From positions 1,900 to 65,899 of the forward strand of contig CAZORP010000004.1 of assembly GCA_964582615.1 (NCBI GenBank): a stretch of DNA of 64,000 nt. The letters are read 5' to 3'. The translations under genes were made by a program, and so were the position numbers. The notes under the pieces are model-generated. The model saw only the letters and a program-made list of their open reading frames with translations, was not told the DNA's origin and made no database searches. Origin of the DNA: an uncultured Gammaproteobacteria bacterium. Its GTDB lineage: Bacteria > Patescibacteriota > Patescibacteriia > UBA9934. This document shows, one piece after another, positions 27,221-35,476 of this stretch (position 1 is the first letter of the stretch; each line of letters begins with the position of its first letter).

Positions 27221-27772
27221 CTACAAAGAAGGGATTTGATGCACGACACGCACCGCTTGGATGGCCATAGCGACCGCAGCTTCCGGAGTTGATGCAACTT
27301 CGATACGTACTCGTTCACGCGGGTCAATAAATGTCCCAGCGAGACGTTCACTCCAGCCGCCAGTATTCTCGATGGTAATAATCGGAATATTGGCCTGATA
27401 GGCGATAGCCATTTCCGTGAGTGTTCCGGAGCCACCGTTTAAACAAATGATTGCATCGCAAGATGATACAAGTACAAACTCTCGACCGCCGCCACGACCC
27501 ATACCTGCCGTGACAATTGCGTCAGCGTTCTTTTCAACAACACCGTCAATGTCTTTGCCGTAGGTAACCCCAACCACAAAGCCTCCCGCACGCTTTGCAC
27601 CGCGGCAGGCGGCGGATGAAAGCGAATCAAGGTCTTTCTCTGCGCCGAACAATAAAATCGCACCCGCTTTCGCAATCTCTTCACCGACGCTTTCGGCTAA
27701 CACTGCAATCTTCGTTGAGTACTGAAGATCCGAACAAGAGCCCATCACGCCAATCTGTAATTTTCGTTTCAT
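27221..27772 (-). CDS. LOG / TIGR00725-like Rossmann-fold nucleotide-binding protein
   Basis: IGVMGS start and NGGSGTLTEMA (GGxGTxxE) motif. Confidence 0.55.
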   Translation of the reverse strand: MKRKLQIGVMGSCSDLQYSTKIAVLAESVGEEIAKAGAILLFGAEKDLDSLSSAACRGAKRAGGFVVGVTYGKDIDGVVEKNADAIVTAGMGRGGGREFVLVSSCDAIICLNGGSGTLTEMAIAYQANIPIITIENTGGWSERLAGTFIDPRERVRIEVASTPEAAVAMAIQAVRVVHQIPSL

Positions 27773-27773
27773 A

Positions 27774-28997
27774 TTATTTCGTGTAGTTTGTGATATCGAC
27801 AGTTCGCTGTTCTCCGGAAACCATGTTCTTCACTATCACCGAATTCGATGCCGCCTCTTCGGGGGTAATCATGATCACTTCTGTCGCATTGAGGCGATTC
27901 GCCATCGTCAGCTGCTTTTTCATACTGTAGGGCGGCATAGCAAGAATAGCGATCTTTCCGTCTACTCTGAGACTCTGCGCGATAGTCGTTGCAAGCGATG
28001 CTTCGTTTTCAGAAAACGGCAAAATGAACGTCTTCTCAGGCGAATTAACTGTGACGGTTTTTTGCTGCGCCTCAAGTGCCGCGAGTAGTGCCACGTCGCT
28101 TACAGCAAACCCAATACCACTCATCGACTTACCGCCGACTGCCTCCAGGAGGTTGTCATAGCGACCGCCGCCAAACACAGCTCTATTGAATGATCCGGAT
28201 GTCTCGACCACTTCAAAAACAATACCCGTGTAATAAGAGAAGCCACGCATAAGCTTTGGATCGTATACAAGCTGTGTCCAGCCAAGCTTTTTCGCTCCGG
28301 CAATTACATTCAATAATCGTTGTGTCGGTTGAATGTCGTCAAGAATAGCCAAATCTTCCTGCCGCAGGTTCGGACTAATTTCCTTCAGTCGAGCGATGAA
28401 TTCTTCTAATGTCAGTTTATCTCGTTCGTCCAGAAGTGTGAGCATTTGCCCCTTTTCATCTCCGACAATGGACAGTCGTTCGCATGTGACGTCGAAAGAT
28501 GTTCGATCATTCATGCACATCTGAATCTTCTCCATATCGAATCCGATCTTTTTCATGATCGAAAGGGCGACGTCAACGATCTCGATATCGGCTTCAATAG
28601 TATTCGATCCAAGAAAATCAACATTGATCTGGACAAAGTTTCTCGTACGACCTTTCTGAGGGCGTTCGTAACGCCAGCATTCAGGAAAACTAAACCATCG
28701 AATAAGTGATGGGAGTTCGCCTTGCTTATTCGCCACCATACGTGCGAATGAAGGCGTAAGTTCTGGACGAACAACGATCTTTTCCCCGCCACGATCCGTG
28801 AAAACATAAGACTGACGCTCAACGATTTCGGCACTGGATTTCGCCTCATAAAGAGCCATCGGCTCCAAGATTGGTGCTTCGTATTCTTCGTAACCAGCGC
28901 ACTCCAAAACAGCTCTACAAGAGCTCGTTAGTGCATTGCGCTCACGCATGTCGTTCGGATAGAGGTTACGTGTACCTCGTAATGGTTGAATCTGCAT
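27774..28997 (-). CDS. hisS: histidine--tRNA ligase
   Basis: Motif 2 RYERPQKGRTRNFVQINVDFLG; motif 3 GGGRYDNL; C-terminal anticodon-binding-like domain; 407 aa. Confidence 0.75.
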   Translation of the reverse strand: MQIQPLRGTRNLYPNDMRERNALTSSCRAVLECAGYEEYEAPILEPMALYEAKSSAEIVERQSYVFTDRGGEKIVVRPELTPSFARMVANKQGELPSLIRWFSFPECWRYERPQKGRTRNFVQINVDFLGSNTIEADIEIVDVALSIMKKIGFDMEKIQMCMNDRTSFDVTCERLSIVGDEKGQMLTLLDERDKLTLEEFIARLKEISPNLRQEDLAILDDIQPTQRLLNVIAGAKKLGWTQLVYDPKLMRGFSYYTGIVFEVVETSGSFNRAVFGGGRYDNLLEAVGGKSMSGIGFAVSDVALLAALEAQQKTVTVNSPEKTFILPFSENEASLATTIAQSLRVDGKIAILAMPPYSMKKQLTMANRLNATEVIMITPEEAASNSVIVKNMVSGEQRTVDITNYTK

Positions 28998-29180
28998 ATA
29001 CTTTGCTTAGAAAATAAAGAAACCCGCCGATAAGCGGGCTTCTCTGCAGTCATTCAATGGAATAACGTCAAACAATCCCGCTTATGCATGGCGGGTATGA
29101 TGAGAAACGTTAAATGCGTTGCGCATTGATTCCATAACGCTGGAAGAATACCGTGAACTCTGAAAAATGTCAATATAGAT
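28998..29180 (-). promoter_or_regulatory. possible hisS promoter with a structured leader containing alternative hairpins
   Basis: TTGACA on the minus strand near 29170; two hairpins with the same stem (cccgc..gcggg), the second followed by a T-run about 25 nt before the hisS ATG. Confidence 0.25.
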
Positions 29181-29189
29181 CCGATAGGC

Positions 29190-29987
29190 CTACTTTAGAA
29201 TGATAGGCCTTGCCGCAAATTTGTTAACCAATTCAACAACCGCTTTTACGCTTGCTTCATAATCTGCATCTAGTAGCCGAACATACAATGGCTCATATCC
29301 GGAGATGGAAACACCTCCGTTTTTCTGGTGCACAACCGCATCTCTAAGCTTCTTAGCTTTCATGAAAGTACCCCAGAAAGCCTCCTGTTTGATTGAAGAT
29401 TGATCCTTAATATCGGCCAACACTTCCAACTTCTCAACGGTCGATAACCTATGTTCAATTTCAACCTTCGTGAGTTTCTCTGTGTAATTTTTCCCGAAGA
29501 AAGCCATAATCTTTTGAAGAATTCCTCGAGGCTTTACGGTTCGATGAAGCACGTGCTGACTCGGTATCGCCTGCGTGCAAAATACCTCAACAGCTGCAAG
29601 AAGAGCGAAGTGAAAGGACATTGCGCTTTGGAAGAAGCGATAGGCGAGTTCTTTTGGAACAATAGTTACCACCTCTGCGTTTGGATCTTCTTGCAATGCG
29701 CGTTCTGCAGTCATCTCAGGATCCGGACTCGATGTAAACACCTGCTTCTGTGGCGTAGATGCAATCTCTGCTTTTAAGGCGGCAACTTCATCAGCCAATC
29801 GGCATGCCTCGTTCAAAAGAAGATGACAGGGTGATTGAGCGATAATCATCAGACTTCCGAAGGTCATTGTATCGAGCTTGTGGCTCAATACGAGTTTAGC
29901 ACCCTTCTCGTGTTTTATTTTTGAACCAGCTATCTGGACAGGTTGTGCTAACTCTGATTCGAAGATAGGTTCAATTTCTATATGCAT
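29190..29987 (-). CDS. hypothetical protein (265 aa)
   Basis: ORF with coding-like composition between R3/tRNA-Trp and the hisS leader; no motif recognised. Confidence 0.4.
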   Translation of the reverse strand: MHIEIEPIFESELAQPVQIAGSKIKHEKGAKLVLSHKLDTMTFGSLMIIAQSPCHLLLNEACRLADEVAALKAEIASTPQKQVFTSSPDPEMTAERALQEDPNAEVVTIVPKELAYRFFQSAMSFHFALLAAVEVFCTQAIPSQHVLHRTVKPRGILQKIMAFFGKNYTEKLTKVEIEHRLSTVEKLEVLADIKDQSSIKQEAFWGTFMKAKKLRDAVVHQKNGGVSISGYEPLYVRLLDADYEASVKAVVELVNKFAARPIILK

Positions 29988-30010
29988 ACTATTATTTTAA
30001 AGTTTACCTA

Positions 30011-30127
30011 TTGAAAAACCGCCACCTTTCGATGACGGGTTTTCAGCAGTCGCTTTGGCTAGGACTCCGGTCACAGGAACCCGTCCTGAGTCCTATGGGA
30101 ATCCGGTCACAGCACCAAAGCGGCTCT
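30011..30127. repeat. repeat element R3 immediately downstream of tRNA-Trp: hairpin plus nested inverted repeats
   Basis: Shares the 28-nt and 24-nt blocks with R1; internal palindromes (gtgaccgga[tg]tcc x2, aggactc..gagtcct). Confidence 0.6.
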
Positions 30128-30201
30128 TGGCAGGGGCGGAGGGAATCGAACCCGCGCTAAAGGTTTTGGAGACCTCTGTACTGCCATTATACGACGCCCC
30201 T
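30128..30201 (-). tRNA. trnW: tRNA-Trp (anticodon CCA)
   Basis: Reverse-complement reads AGGGGCGTCGTATAATGGCAGTACAGAGGTCTCCAAAACCTTTAGCGCGGGTTCGATTCCCTCCGCCCCTGCCA; acceptor AGGGGCG/CGCCCCT; U8; anticodon loop CTCCAAA; TTCGATT T-loop; encoded CCA; ends closely resemble E. coli tRNA-Trp. Confidence 0.85.
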
Positions 30202-30278
30202 AAGAAGGAACCGAAAGTAGTTTACGAGGAAAAAGGACTTCTGTAAAGCTCTGAAAAGACGAAGGTTTTTGGTTTATT

Positions 30279-30806
30279 TTGCATGCTATACTTTTCCTCA
30301 TGAAATACGCTTCCTCTCAAGCAAAAAAAATGCCCTCTCGTACCCACCGCATTGCACGCACGCCCAGAACGCGCGGCGAGCGATTTGCTGATGCTTGTAC
30401 AGCGTGGTGCGGAACAAGTACCTTTCTCATTTTTCACCTTGCAATATTTGCAGGTTGGATTTTTTGGAATATGGGATTTCTTGAGGGGTTCATACCGGTT
30501 GATCCTTTCCCATTTCCTTTTCTTACAACCGTCGTCTCGCTTGAAGCCATTATCCTCTCAATTATTGTGCTCATGAGTCAAAATCGTGCAGAGCGCGTGG
30601 CAAATATTCGCGATGAAGTTGATTTGGAAGTAAATATTCAATCCGAACGAGAAGTGACGGAAATTTTACGTATCCTTGTTGCCCTTGAAAAGAAAATTCT
30701 TGGCTTAAAAAAACATGACACCGAGGTCGGTGCCATGCTTCGCGAAACTGATCTTGCGGAAATAGAGACGAGAGTTATCCGTGCACTTGAACGTGCAGAT
30801 CGATAG
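30279..30806 (+). CDS. DUF1003-like small membrane protein
   Basis: Two TM helices followed by a charged coiled C-terminus; start possibly at 30330. Confidence 0.45.
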   Translation: MHAILFLMKYASSQAKKMPSRTHRIARTPRTRGERFADACTAWCGTSTFLIFHLAIFAGWIFWNMGFLEGFIPVDPFPFPFLTTVVSLEAIILSIIVLMSQNRAERVANIRDEVDLEVNIQSEREVTEILRILVALEKKILGLKKHDTEVGAMLRETDLAEIETRVIRALERADR

Positions 30807-31544
30807 TTACTTTTTAGCAAAGCCGGTAAATGCCTGCAAAACTTCAAGAGGAACAGTGAATACAACAGTGTTGCTCTGATCGGAGCTAATGTCGTTAATA
30901 GCATGAAGCGTGCGAAGATGAAGTGCTCCGGGAGCTTCCGAGAGCATGCGTGCGGCGTTGGCGATATTTTCTGCGGCGCGCATTTCTCCTTCGGAGTTAA
31001 TAACGACTGCGTCGCGTTCGCGTTCAGCCTCTGCTTTCTTTGCCATGGTGCGAACCATTTCTGGGGCGAGGTTGATATCTTTCAACTCCACCGAAGAAAC
31101 TTCCACACCCCACATTGCGGTAACTGTTTCAAGAAGTTGTTCAATTTTTTGGGAAATAATCGCACGACCAGCAAGAAGTTCATCGAGTGTTGCTTCACCG
31201 ACAACGTTGCGCATGGTGGTTTGCGCAAGTTGCATAACTGCGTAGTGGACGTGCTCAACTTCAAGAACCGATTTTGCAGGATCGGAAATACGGTAATAAA
31301 TAACTGCATTGATTTTTGCAGAAACGTTGTCTTTGGTAATAGCATCTTGAGAGGGGACGTCAAGCGCTTTTACGCGAAGATCAACCTTCTGCATGCTTTG
31401 AAATACGGGAATAACCAATCTCCATCCCGGGTTTACGGTTGATGAATATGTTCCCATGGTAAAGGTAATTCCACGCTCGTATTGATTAACCTGTCGAAGT
31501 GATGAAATAAGTCCCACGATGACGATGATAAAAAGAAGTTCCAT
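30807..31544 (-). CDS. SPFH / band-7 (stomatin/prohibitin-like) membrane protein
   Basis: TM anchor then SPFH core (LDVPSQDAITKDNV...EATLDELL...AEAERER); start set at an internal Met to avoid overlap with htrA. Confidence 0.7.
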   Translation of the reverse strand: MELLFIIVIVGLISSLRQVNQYERGITFTMGTYSSTVNPGWRLVIPVFQSMQKVDLRVKALDVPSQDAITKDNVSAKINAVIYYRISDPAKSVLEVEHVHYAVMQLAQTTMRNVVGEATLDELLAGRAIISQKIEQLLETVTAMWGVEVSSVELKDINLAPEMVRTMAKKAEAERERDAVVINSEGEMRAAENIANAARMLSEAPGALHLRTLHAINDISSDQSNTVVFTVPLEVLQAFTGFAKK

Positions 31545-31614
31545 AAAAGTTTTTACTACGTTCACCCTACAGGAATTTGAAGATTTTTGCAAGATTTTTT
31601 ATGCTCATAAAGCT

Positions 31615-32838
31615 ATGACATTTCATGAACAATCTCCTATGGGAAAAATCTTTATTTGGGGTATGTGCGGTGGCATGGTGGCTTTTTTCTTGCTTTGCGC
31701 GGGAATGTATGGAGGAATCGTATATTATGGAATTCCGTCATCGCTTCTTGCTGAAATTACGCCAGAGTTAAGCGATGCTCTTCCAAGGTCGCCTGCTTCA
31801 TCTCTCGCATCTGATCCTGTGGTTGCCGTTGCCGACGCGGCAAGTCCCGCGGTGGTTTCTCTTGTTGTGAGTAAAGAAGTTCCTCAGATGGAAAAATTTT
31901 ATAAAAATATTCTACCGTTTGGTTTTTCGGTGCCTTCATATCGTCAGGTTGGTACAAAAGAAGAGGAAGTTGCTGGTGGAACAGGATTTTTCATTTCCCC
32001 TGATGGATATCTTGTAACAAATAATCACGTCATTGATATCGAAGAGTCTTCGTATACGGTGTACCTTAACGATGGAACGTCGTATCCGGCAACGCTTATT
32101 GCCGCCGACGAAATGCTCGACGTTGCGTTGCTTAAAGTTGAGAGCCCTTCGGCGCTTCCTTTTCTTGAATTTGGATCGTCCGATGAAGTACGCGTTGGAC
32201 AGGCGGTGGTCGCGATAGGAAATGCGCTTGGCGAATATCGTAATACCGTATCTTCCGGAGTTATTTCAGGAGTTTCTCGTACGGTTGTTGCGCAAAAGGG
32301 GGGAGGTGACGAGGAACGTCTTCAGGATATTTTGCAAACTGACGCGGCAATTAATCCGGGAAATTCTGGAGGGCCGTTGTTGGATCTTTCGGGTAAGGTT
32401 ATTGGTGTAAACGTCGCCGCCTCTGCGGGTGGAGCTGAGAATATCGGTTTTGCGCTCCCGTCCTCTGCAGTTTCCTCGGCTGTTAATTCTCTTCGTGAGC
32501 ATGGCTATGTTGTGCGTCCGTGGCTTGGTGTTCGATATGCAATGATTTCGGAAGATATGGCGAAAGAGGAGTATCTTCCCGTGAATCACGGAGCGCTCAT
32601 TCGTCGTTCTTCGGAGAACGATCTTGCGGTTATTCCCGGATCACCCGCCGACAAAGCTGGACTTGAAGAGAACGATATTATTACAAAGGTTAACGGAAAA
32701 GACCTTACGGAAGCCTACGATCTTCGTTTGGCAATGCAGGGTTTGCACGTTGGCGATGTACTCGAGCTTGAGGTATTTCATGACGATGGTGTAAAAACGG
32801 TACATGTAACGCTTTCGGAAGGTCCGAAGAGCTTGTAA
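31615..32838 (+). CDS. htrA: HtrA/DegP-family serine protease with PDZ domain
   Basis: TNNHVI (His), GNSGGPL (Ser) and a PDZ-like C-terminus; start at an internal Met. Confidence 0.8.
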   Translation: MTFHEQSPMGKIFIWGMCGGMVAFFLLCAGMYGGIVYYGIPSSLLAEITPELSDALPRSPASSLASDPVVAVADAASPAVVSLVVSKEVPQMEKFYKNILPFGFSVPSYRQVGTKEEEVAGGTGFFISPDGYLVTNNHVIDIEESSYTVYLNDGTSYPATLIAADEMLDVALLKVESPSALPFLEFGSSDEVRVGQAVVAIGNALGEYRNTVSSGVISGVSRTVVAQKGGGDEERLQDILQTDAAINPGNSGGPLLDLSGKVIGVNVAASAGGAENIGFALPSSAVSSAVNSLREHGYVVRPWLGVRYAMISEDMAKEEYLPVNHGALIRRSSENDLAVIPGSPADKAGLEENDIITKVNGKDLTEAYDLRLAMQGLHVGDVLELEVFHDDGVKTVHVTLSEGPKSL

Positions 32839-32839
32839 T

Positions 32840-33673
32840 ATGCAAATTTCTCCATTTCGTGCAGTGCTTGTTTTTGGCGGAATTCTTTTTTTAGGAATAT
32901 GGCTCAGGGAAGCATTTTATGCATCGTTAGATGCTGAGATTGCACCGGTTGTTCCTCAGGAGATTTCAGATGTCAGTCAAGAAGAGGAAAATATTCTCGT
33001 GGACGATCCTGTTTCCGGCGGGGAAATTCATTTACCGCTTACACTTCATGGGCAGGCTAGGGTATTTGAAAATGTTGTAAGCTATCGTCTTGAAGATGAG
33101 TCTGGTGCGGTGCTTGCCGAGGGTACGGCAACAGCTCAGGCACCCGATGTCGGTATGTACGGCATTTTTTCGAAAGAAATCTTTTTTTCGGAACCAGCAA
33201 CGCCGCGGGGTTTTATGACGGTATATTCGGTAAGTCCTAAAGACGGGTCAGAGCAAGACAGCGTTCGTATACCGGTTGTCTTTGCAAATGACGCCGCGGT
33301 TAATCTTAGTATTTCCGTTGCTCGTGCTGAAGATTTTGCTCGGGGAGAATGTTCGGCGACGGCACTTCTTCCAAGAAGACGTCCCGCAACGAAGCTTGTT
33401 GCACATGAGGCGCTTCGCGCTCTTGAAGAAGGTGTTACCGAGGAGGAATATTTAGAGGGTTATCGTTCATTTTTTGGGGATAAAAAGATTCTTCGCTCAA
33501 TTACTCTTCGTGATGGAGTCGCTGAAGTGCTTGTTCCCAAGGGGTTATTTTCTGGAGAAGAGCATGCGTGTGTTCATTCCGTTATGCACGATCAAATTGT
33601 GCAAACATTAGAGCAATTTCCAACTATTTCTCGCGTTGAAATTCGCGAAGAGGGAAGCGATGTTCTTTGGTAG
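32840..33673 (+). CDS. GerMN-domain (Gmad2 + GerMN) exported protein
   Basis: N-terminal TM/signal; Ig-like region then GerMN-like C-terminal half. Confidence 0.5.
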   Translation: MQISPFRAVLVFGGILFLGIWLREAFYASLDAEIAPVVPQEISDVSQEEENILVDDPVSGGEIHLPLTLHGQARVFENVVSYRLEDESGAVLAEGTATAQAPDVGMYGIFSKEIFFSEPATPRGFMTVYSVSPKDGSEQDSVRIPVVFANDAAVNLSISVARAEDFARGECSATALLPRRRPATKLVAHEALRALEEGVTEEEYLEGYRSFFGDKKILRSITLRDGVAEVLVPKGLFSGEEHACVHSVMHDQIVQTLEQFPTISRVEIREEGSDVLW

Positions 33674-33806
33674 ATTTGCTAAAAAAGTATAAAATTACTG
33701 GGGTTTTCTTGTGGTTCTTGTTGATAACTTATTAGGAGATTTATCGTACTGTGCTACGCTTTCCCCGCAAAATCTTAATATTTTCTTTGATATGGCAGCA
33801 AAGCGC

Positions 33807-34079
33807 ATGACAAAGAGTCAGATGATCGCAGATCTTTCTGAACGCTGGGGAGTTTCTAAGAAGCAAGCAGGAGAGATGTACGATGGTCTTCTCGAACTTG
33901 CATACAAGGAAATCAAGCGCGCAGGCGAGTTTGTAATGCCTGGACTTGGTAAGCTTGTAAAGAAGAACCGCCCAGCACGTCAGGGTCGCAACCCAGCAAC
34001 GGGTGCAACTATCAAAATCCCTGCAAAGACCGTTATCAAGTTTACGGTTGCAAAGGCGGCAAAGGAAGCTCTTCTTTAA
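33807..34079 (+). CDS. hup: HU-family DNA-binding protein
   Basis: MTKSQMIADLS...PARQGRNPATGATIKIPAKTVIKF; 90 aa from the internal Met. Confidence 0.75.
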   Translation: MTKSQMIADLSERWGVSKKQAGEMYDGLLELAYKEIKRAGEFVMPGLGKLVKKNRPARQGRNPATGATIKIPAKTVIKFTVAKAAKEALL

Positions 34080-34097
34080 TTCTTCCCCATGCTAATA

Positions 34098-34130
34098 AAA
34101 AGACTCTCGACGAAAGAGAGTCTTTTTTGT
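34098..34130 (+). terminator. rho-independent terminator
   Basis: agactctc-gacgaaa-gagagtct followed by tttttt. Confidence 0.7.
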
Positions 34131-34216
34131 TATGTATAGCGTATCCTCCATGTTCGGGAAAAAGCCCTTGTGACATCTTTTCTTTTTCATTACTATCGTT
34201 CGCTGGAAAAATATTT

Positions 34217-35476
34217 ATGACACCACGACGTATTCACGGGGCTATCGCTTTTTTTGCACTTGCACTGCTTATTGGAGCATCGTGGAAATTTTCTCACCAC
34301 TCCTCAGCCGAAGTAGGGGACGGCACTTCTCAGGATATTGCCCGTAGCATTGTAGAGAAAAAAATTGCAGATCGAGAAGGTCAAATTTCTCAAGAGGGGT
34401 CTTCTTATGAAGGTGCTCATGAAATTCACATTCTTACACTTGGTATCGATTCTCGAAAAGAAGGCAATGAAAAGCATTGCGACGCAATTCACGTGGTGAC
34501 GCTTAATACCGACAATTGGACAATGAACATTCTCTCGGTTCCTCGAGGAACCTACGCGGCGCTACCTGCGGGAGGATCGTACAAGACAACCGATTATTAT
34601 CTTGCGAATGCCTGTGCATTTGGTGGTCTTGAGTATGGCATTGAACAGATTACAAGAGTTACCAATATAACACCTGACTATATTGCAACGGTTGGATTTT
34701 CTGAGGCTTTGGGAATATTCCGTGTACTCAATCTTCCAACAACCGAAACGCTCCAATGGCTCAGGCATCGTCAAAGCTATGCCGTGGGGGATCCTCAACG
34801 AAGTCAAAATCAAGCAACTTTCATGAAGGATGTCGCGCTTCAGCTTTTTCAAAATCCTGACGTTTCACGGCCGCTTATCTACATGCTCTATCAGTTCATC
34901 GAAACCGACTTCTCATTTTCCGATATTTACGCACTTTATCAAGGATACGTTGCTTCCGGAATTGCAGATCACCCTGAACGCATCACATTTTCCATGAAGC
35001 CATTTTATAAGACGCAAGAATATCATCTTGATCCAGGTCGTGCGCAAGAGCAGATCCAAGAACTCCTTTCTCGACTTGAAGGAAGATTGTCTGAGCAGGA
35101 TCTTTCCCATGCGACGCTTCAAGAGGTTCAAGATGCTCTCGTTGGCTATCTTCATGACACGCTGACTTCGGGATCCTCGGAGGACATTCTTCGCGGCTTT
35201 GATGATGCGATGTGGAATCAGGTGGAGGATGATGAGCTTCGTTACGCACTGCAGTTTGACTATCTTGAAGCGTATATAGGCCTTACGCGAGAGAGCGATC
35301 CTATTGCGGCTCAAGATGCGGTTGTTTCTTTTATTATGGAAATGCAATTCTTCGAGCAGGCGACGTATGAAGAGCGTGGAAAAGAATTGTTGGAGACGCT
35401 TATTCGCGAGGAAGGCACAGGGGCGCAATCCACGGAGCCGATTCAGGAAGCGCCCATGCAGAAGGTAGGGGAGTAG
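34217..35476 (+). CDS. LytR-CpsA-Psr (LCP) family protein
   Basis: TM anchor; LCP core (LTLGIDSR...DAIHVVTLN...ILSVPRGTY...GFSEA). Confidence 0.7.
   Translation: MTPRRIHGAIAFFALALLIGASWKFSHHSSAEVGDGTSQDIARSIVEKKIADREGQISQEGSSYEGAHEIHILTLGIDSRKEGNEKHCDAIHVVTLNTDNWTMNILSVPRGTYAALPAGGSYKTTDYYLANACAFGGLEYGIEQITRVTNITPDYIATVGFSEALGIFRVLNLPTTETLQWLRHRQSYAVGDPQRSQNQATFMKDVALQLFQNPDVSRPLIYMLYQFIETDFSFSDIYALYQGYVASGIADHPERITFSMKPFYKTQEYHLDPGRAQEQIQELLSRLEGRLSEQDLSHATLQEVQDALVGYLHDTLTSGSSEDILRGFDDAMWNQVEDDELRYALQFDYLEAYIGLTRESDPIAAQDAVVSFIMEMQFFEQATYEERGKELLETLIREEGTGAQSTEPIQEAPMQKVGE

Noticed and set aside
27774-28997. HisZ (ATP-PRT regulatory subunit) instead of HisRS, prompted by the PRTase next door
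   Set aside because: The protein has HisRS motifs 2 and 3 and a C-terminal anticodon-binding-like domain. The neighbouring PRTase is type I, not HisG.
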